A stretch of 64,000 bases of DNA from Eledone cirrhosa (lineage: Eukaryota). Made by a program: the position numbers and the translations under genes. The stretch is taken from contig OZ024746.1 of NCBI GenBank assembly GCA_964016885.1, forward strand, positions 66,836,001 to 66,900,000, written 5' to 3'. Each line of letters starts with the position of its first letter. Positions within the stretch are counted from its first letter, which is position 1. This document shows, piece after piece, positions 55,287-64,000 of the stretch. The notes below the pieces were generated by a model that was given only the letters and a program-made list of their open reading frames with translations, made no database searches and was not told the origin of the DNA.

Positions 55287-55431
55287 TCCTGTGTCAGTGT
55301 TGAACAAAAAGGTGACGTTATTGCCTAAACACTGTACGGTATAATTCGGGCTGTTTGTTTGTTTACAGACAAACCGAACATCATAATAAATGTTCGGTAA
55401 ACCGATACATGCATATACATATGTGTGCATG

Positions 55432-55477
<46 letters not shown>

Positions 55478-55539
55478 CTACTGTACGTCTGTATACATAT
55501 ATGTATGTACGTATACATACATACTTACATTTAAGTAAC

Positions 55540-56392
55540 AACCTTTCACTCACTCACTCTCTGCTTCTCTTTCTCCCACTACCTCCCGTTTGACCTGTGC
55601 GAAATTCTTTCCTCACGCACACTTTGACCAGGCTGGTTGCTCCTTTTTCTCTCTCGCGTCTACGATTTCACAGAACTTATGTTCACCGAATTCAGGGACT
55701 AGACTCCTTCTCCCTCCCGTTTGACCTGTGCGAAATTCTTTCCTTGCTCACATTTCGACTAGGTTTGATGGTCTTTATTCTCTCTCGTCAGCGAACTTAT
55801 ATTCATCGATTTCTAGGACTTGACCCCCTCTTCCTCACTTTTCGTTGCATTACCATCTTTGATTGTTTACAGTTTCGTCGTTCCCTTTATATATATATAT
55901 TGGAAGATCACTGATGAAGGACTAACTGTATTCATATGTACCCATTAGCAAACACGCGGCATGTTTATCCTCATATTTACACATATTTTTTTCCCCGCTG
56001 TGACCCGTCTGTTTTCGTTCTTACTGCTTCCTCTTTCTCTGTATATTTACCCTCTCTAGCAGTCACTCTCTCTGTTAGCCTCTTCCTCACCCTTCACTAA
56101 CTCATTCTCTGTTACTACCTCTCCTCCTCCTCCTTCTTCCCGTTTGACCTGTGCGTAATTCTTTTCTTTCGCACACTTGGTCTGGCAAGTCGCTTTTTTT
56201 CTCTCTCTCGTCTACGATTTCACAGGACTTACGTTCACCGAATTCACAGACTAGATCCCGTCTTCCTCCCGTTAGACCTATACGGAATTCCTTCCTTGCT
56301 CACACTCCAACCAGGTTTGATGGTATTTATTCTCTCTAGTTCACGATTTCACCGAATTTATATTCATAGAAATTTGGGACTTGTCTCCTTCT

Positions 56393-56395
<3 letters not shown>
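55540..56395 (+). repeat. Diverged ~550-bp tandem repeat related to 33331-33925
   Basis: cccgtttgacctgtgcg at ~55585, ~55716 and ~56139; shared tcactgatga..gactaa block at 55908 and 33847. Confidence 0.75.
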
Positions 56396-57085
<690 letters not shown>

Positions 57086-57424
57086 ATGTGTGTGTGTGGT
57101 TTTTTTGCGCGTGTCTGTGTGTATGTGTGTGGGTGAGTGTGTGTGTTTGTGAGTGTGAGTGCGTGTGTTTGTCTTTGAGGATCTTTACGTTCTTGTATTC
57201 ACGAATGTATTTAGAGAAAGAGAGAAATCTTACTGGCTGGATGCGGGGTAATAAAAAGGATATTATTCTTAATTGGGTGCTACATATAACATTATTTTCC
57301 TTTTAAAATGTAATCAATATATAATCATACAATCTGATGTATCGATCACTGTTCAACGTACATACTCGTAATATGCATACAGACTCAACATGGCAAACAT
57401 TCAAAACCACCTCTATGTGTATGT

Positions 57425-57473
<49 letters not shown>

Positions 57474-57559
57474 TATGCATACTCCAGTCCCACAAACTGT
57501 AGAGTGCTTCTTATCCGATATCTGCATTGCTTTATTGTACTACAATAAAACTCACCTCC

Positions 57560-57658
<99 letters not shown>

Positions 57659-57661
57659 CTA

Positions 57662-57760
<99 letters not shown>

Positions 57761-57915
57761 ATGTATGTATATATGTATGTATGCATATATATATGTATAT
57801 ATATATGTATATTATATAAAGTCGTGGCTGTACTCGAAAATGAGTTGGCAGCCACCATATATATGTATATATGTATATATATATATGTATGTATGTATAC
57901 ATATATATATATAGG

Positions 57916-57983
<68 letters not shown>

Positions 57984-58836
57984 CCATAGACGCATGTGTG
58001 GTGTGCACTGTACCATAAATTGTTTGTTGGCATACTAAATTGTTCTGAATTGAAAATAGCCTTATTAAACGCTGCTATGTATATATATATATATATATAT
58101 ATATAGGTGTGTGTGTGTGTGTGGTGTTCGTGTGTGCGCGTGTGTGTCATGTGCGAGGCTATGCATATATACATATATATATATAGTCATATATATGTGT
58201 ATGTATGCATTATGTATGTGTGTGTATTTATATATGCTCATGTGTGTGCATTACATTTTCCTCAGCTGCAGATTAATGGTTATAAAACATGTTCTTCTTT
58301 TAATGGTTGTGGGGTAGGGACTGCTTTATATGAATTTACAATGTTTCAAGACTACACAGGTGGGAAATTTCATTTATATTACTATTTTAATATTTATATT
58401 TAAAAAATACGAGACGAGAAAAATACTTTTAAAATGCTAAATTCTGTCTGAAATTTGGTTAGATCACTAGCACACATAATATATGTACCGTTAAATTTAA
58501 GAATGTGTTTAAATTATTCTCTCACGCAGTCGATAATTTAGTTCATGTATGTTTTCAGAATAACACGTCTTATTAAATTATACTACTCTGCGTCTTCCTT
58601 ACTTTCTGTTTGACTACTTACTTCTAAAGATAGGTTAAATATATTTACTTACGAACGGGATATGGTATCACATCCATGCAGAAACATGATAGCTATATCA
58701 TAAATATGCTGTGACTAAGCAGAATAAAACTTCAGTTCCCAGGTAACATATTAGTTAAGTCAATACATTACAAGGAAAGTAATATTATAAACATTTCGAC
58801 ATGTCGCTATTACACAGTTGTTTCTTTTATTTGAAA

Positions 58837-59179
58837 CTAGCAGATTTACCAGGCGTTAATCGGGGTTTGAAATTATGCTAAGAATATAGAGCTAGGAAGT
58901 AAAAGAAGAACATTATTTGTCTCCAACCTGTCAAAATATGCAGTCTCTTTTTAAGGATTGTCAATAAAGTTGGTTATCAATTTTGCTACCGATAATTTTG
59001 ATATAGATTTTTTATTGCTCAACGTGGGTCGATTGGATAACTTTTTATGATGTGCCCATCGTAGCGACATATGCAACGTGCACAGAAAAGTTGGTCAAAT
59101 TCGGTTGGTAATTGTAAAAGCCTTAGGTATCCAAATTTGTACACAGATACACACATCCTCGCTTTTATATATATAGAGA
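58837..59179 (-). mobile_element. Non-autonomous Helitron
   Basis: 5' TCtctatatatataaaagc; 3' imperfect hairpin ccgattaacgcctgg then CTAG; inserted at A|T. Confidence 0.75.
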
Positions 59180-59419
59180 TGGGGCCATATTAACTACAAT
59201 TTAATTTTCTTCAGACGAGAGAGTGAGAGAGAAAGTAGCGTTTGTAGAAGGTATAACTAACACTGTATTCATGTTATTACATTTTACTTCTCCGTATAGC
59301 AAAGACTAAAATTTCTTCTAGTGCAATTGATATTTTACATTCAAACGAATCCAACAAATTTTCCATCTGACATAATGTAATAGACATAAGTGTTTTTATG
59401 CTGAATGTATGTGTATGTG

Positions 59420-59496
<77 letters not shown>

Positions 59497-59503
<7 letters not shown>

Positions 59504-60532
59504 TAAACAAATAATGAATAAACAATTCCTTATATTAAACAAAAAAAGTTCATTATTTAACGATCGTTTCTAGGGTATATATGTGTTATAATTGGTATGC
59601 ATATTCAACAGATCTATGTACAAAATTATACAAAATTATACAAATTATCAAGATTAAATATACATACCAAACACATATATACGCCGTCTTCAGAAATAAT
59701 GAAGTATATTTATTGATAATAACAACAATTCAAAATTTCAGTTCAAAATTGACCAATGAAAACACAAAGGGTTAAATGCAGTTCGGTGTGTGTATATACA
59801 TGTATAACCCTTACACATATTTTACAAAAATGTATGTATAATTTGTATACGCATACTAAAAGGATGGATGCAAATACAAAATTTCAAGGTTAATATCTCT
59901 GTAAGCTTACAATGCGCAGATAAGATGCGCATTGATACTTATGGAGTCAAGTATATAAATATATTTTTTCATACTCACACATATCAGTACAATCACACAT
60001 ACACGCGCGTATATGCATAAATATACACATAACCACGAACATACAAACACACACACACCCCCACTCACATTTATATATGTGGATATAAAATCATAAGCAC
60101 ATGGATATTAATTCACTCACATAAAACACTGGCACACACATTTCTAGATCAAGATACAGAAATTAGGTGGGAGGGGGGGGGAGGGGTCAGTATTCAATTG
60201 TCTGAGCAGACTGCCTAATATAAATGTATCTATAAATTAAGAAAAATAAAAAAATAAAAAAATAAAACAATAAAATATAATAAATATAATATAATATACA
60301 TACACATACAGATATATACACATACATACATGTACGCGCACATAGAAATATTTACGCATACACACATACACACATACATATACAGTCATACACACACATA
60401 CACTTACACGAACATACACATACACATATATAAAGATATATATATATACACACACACACACACGCAACACATACACACATACACATATATATAAAAAATA
60501 AATAATAAAGATATATACCCATATATATATAT

Positions 60533-60575
<43 letters not shown>

Positions 60576-60654
60576 CATACACATACATCTAAATATACAT
60601 ACACATACATACACACATACATGTACATACATGTACATACATATACGCACATCG

Positions 60655-60697
<43 letters not shown>

Positions 60698-61054
60698 TAG
60701 ACATATAGATACATACACACACAACTTACATACACACATATATATATATAGATGTATATTCATACATAGAATTAGATATATAATCATACATACATATGCA
60801 CTTACTTATACTCATATATATAAATACATACGCATCCATATATGCGTATATACATAAAAAACACTACAACCTCACCTAACTCAGACATACAAATAAAAAT
60901 AATAATAAAAAATAATAAAAAGGCATATGTATATACATACACACACGCATTAATAGAGATATATATATATATACACACATACATACACATATATATATAT
61001 ATATATATACACATATATGCATATATACATATATACACACACATACACTCATAC

Positions 61055-61085
<31 letters not shown>

Positions 61086-61157
61086 GATATCCACACACTC
61101 ATACCACCATAAATACACATACAAACACCCACATATATATATATATATATACACACG

Positions 61158-61193
<36 letters not shown>

Positions 61194-61457
61194 TAAAAAA
61201 CAGACATGCACATATATATATATATTTTTTTACACTTATATATACACATATTATATACACATACACAACCTCACTTATACACATATACACATAAGTTATA
61301 TTATAATAATAAAGAATAATATACATATATATATATATACATATACATATATATATATATATATATACATACATACATACATATACATACATACATATAA
61401 ACATATACATACATAAATACACACATACGAATAAAGACATATATTCACACATAGACA

Positions 61458-61522
<65 letters not shown>

Positions 61523-63207
61523 ATATACACAGACACATATACACACTCACATATATATATGTGTGTGTGCGCACATACACATATATACACACACACACAC
61601 AAACACACATAAACACATACATATGCATACGTGCACACACACACACATATATCACATAGATACGAAGATAAACATATAAATAGAGAGACATACATATATA
61701 TACAACACACATACACACACATACATACACACGCATATACATATACATATATATATACATATATATATTCCTATATATACATGCATACACATATATACAC
61801 ATATATACACATACTTACACATATACGTACACACATTCACATACACATACATATATAATGCATATATACACATATATATACATACATATGCACACTCATA
61901 TATACACACGCAATCTTACATTCATATTTGCATGCGCATATATGTATTTTTATATTTAGATATAAATACCCAAACCTATATAGACACCTACCTACATATA
62001 TATTCATACATAGACGCTTACAAATACAGATGATAATAGTATGGGGGAAAGGGGGGGTTTGGAGAAGGGGATCAAAGTAAATATATGTTTCAAGAAACAT
62101 ATAATATTTTCCGTATCTTTATCCAATGTATGTTCTTACATATTTTCAGTGCTAGGAAATACGACAAACAAGAACTAAGGCAAAATCTATGCATCTCAAA
62201 ATAAATAAGTATACCATTAATCATATGTTAACTAAACCAAAGATAGTCAACATATTGATTTCTAAGGTGTAAATTAGTTAGGTTTATAATATTTGAAGCA
62301 GAATTTTGAAGTCAAACAGTAGTAGATTATTAATTACAGTATAACTAAATTAAAGTTAATAACGTTATGGTATCAATATTAGGAAATGAATTTAGTAATA
62401 GGGAAAAAAAACCCAAATAAAAATAAAATAAAGTATTACATCGGTAGTAGAATATAAATTATATGTTAACTAAATTAAAAATTATATATTTATTTCAATA
62501 GTATATGTTAATTAGGTATACAATACATAAAGCAGATACTGTATTTCATCAATAGCATAATATAATTATATGCAAATAGAAATCAAAATTAATACGCATA
62601 CATATACATATACATACACATACACATATACATACATATACACACATATATATATATATATATATATACATATATACACATATATACATACATACAGATA
62701 CACATACACACACACACATACACATACACATATACATATACATATCTTTTTCAAAAAATTGCATAGAATATATTAACTAGGTATATATCCAAAACACATC
62801 CCATTCTATGATTACATGACATTCTGCAATTCGTCTGTATAAGGATACTAATTTTAAGCAAATTAAAATTAAAATTTTTAGGTTGATTAAAACTCAAACC
62901 AAATAATAAATATATTTCTAAAATGTATATTAATTAGGTCTATAATACTAAAAATTATTTCTCTGTCATTGGATACACGATATTATTTTGTTATATTTTA
63001 TCTGTAAAAGAGTTATAATAAAAGGTTTAAATAAATTAAAATTAATCTATAAATTAAATTACTAAGTATATATTAGTAATATTTAAAGGTTTTTCACAAT
63101 TTATGATTACATAATATTTTATATTCTCATCTGTAATAAAATATTAATTAAATTAAATTTATAGGTTAACTAACATTTAAATTAAATTAATTTCTAAAAT
63201 AATGTTA
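59497..63207 (-). mobile_element. Probable ~3.7-kb microsatellite-rich 3' tail of the PLE at 63208-64000
   Basis: Continuous from the ORF stop to a same-strand HHR and (TA)n; same architecture as 8774-12025. Confidence 0.6.
59552..59700 (-). ncRNA. Hammerhead ribozyme with ~116-nt stem II domain
   Basis: attattt-CTGAAGA-cggc-gtatatatgtgtt[...]aacacatatatac-ccta-GAAA-cgatcg-TT-aaataat; 7-bp stem I, 13-bp helix in stem II. Confidence 0.78.
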
Positions 63208-64000
63208 TTAATTAGGTTTATAATATTTAAATGTTTTTTTTAGTTTATGATTACACGATATAATTAATTCCTGTCGTTTATTTAATAAGATATCCTTAGA
63301 CTTCATTATTTCAAATAGTTCTTGGGAACATAATCTACATTCATTTCTATTATTTTGATAAGGGGTGGCTCTTTTGAGCACACTCCAGGTCAAATCATAT
63401 TTTATATTCTTATTTTTATAACTATTGATTTTTTCTGCTAGAGATGTTGTATTAGCCAGTGCGGCATTTTTAAAACTATGCTTGTGGGTATTAAACCTTG
63501 TCTTAAAATTGTTAGAGGTAGCTCCTATATATGAGCAAATAGAATCTTTAGTTTTAACATTACATTTATAGACTATGTTGTTAACAAGACAATTCCCTTT
63601 TAATGGGCAGTTTGCTTTGTTTCTACAGTTACATCCTTTCGTTAATTCTGTATTTGAGGAGATATTATGGTTAATTTGATGTACTGGTGGTATACTTATG
63701 GTTTTCTTACATTTATATGCATTATATGCACTTATATTTTGTTTTATGTTATTTGTTGTAGAGTATGAGAATTTAACTGTAGACCTATTTAAGATTTGAT
63801 GGTATTTGTGGTTTGGCGGGAAGTTTTTCTCAAGGATATAAAAAATTTTTTTAGCAATATTATCCTTAACTTGTAAATTAAAAGGAGCATTATACCAAGT
63901 AACCCGTCTATTACGGTTTCTATGTTGTTTATTAATTTTATTATTTTTATAGGTTGTATCGTGATTTTTACTAGGAGGATTAATGTTAATGATCTCACCA
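63208..64000 (-). mobile_element. PLE ORF C-terminal part (GIY-YIG), uninterrupted to the window edge
   Basis: Manual translation without stops: TWYNAPF, FSYSTTNN, GCNCRNKANCPLKGNC, IVY..YIGATSNNFKTRFNTH, CRLCSQE, CNH. Confidence 0.93.

Larger units (their letters stand above)
54405..55537 (+). mobile_element. Retrozyme-like repeat: ~436-bp head-to-tail units (54764-55200, 55201-55537) preceded by an inverted copy (54405-54763)
   Basis: Three copies of aaagtatatactttcagacgttcaacc..., each with an HHR. Confidence 0.9.

Overview
AT-rich eukaryotic (animal) genomic DNA saturated with (TA)n/(CA)n microsatellites. The SINE and microsatellite landscape suggests a coleoid cephalopod such as octopus (inference). 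No confident host gene was found; there is one candidate micro-exon, and nearly all listed ORFs are microsatellite artefacts. The real coding content is transposon-derived: four Penelope-like retroelement (PLE) segments (one near-complete frameshifted RT+GIY-YIG copy at ~45.5-49 kb; three related GIY-YIG C-terminal segments at 7.8, 52.7 and 63.2 kb), RTE LINE fragments (one with a twin-priming-type 5' inversion), Helitron relics and about 15 tRNA-derived SINE copies. The main unannotated signal is about 18 hand-folded hammerhead-ribozyme (HHR) motifs, intact or decayed, from roughly ten sequence families. They cap the 3' tails of the PLE copies and occur in small non-coding elements inserted in (TA)n that carry inverted copies of their own 3' ends. 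Several have unusually large (30-150 nt) stem II insertions or a U3-A8 core variant. All folds and alignments were done by eye and boundaries are approximate.
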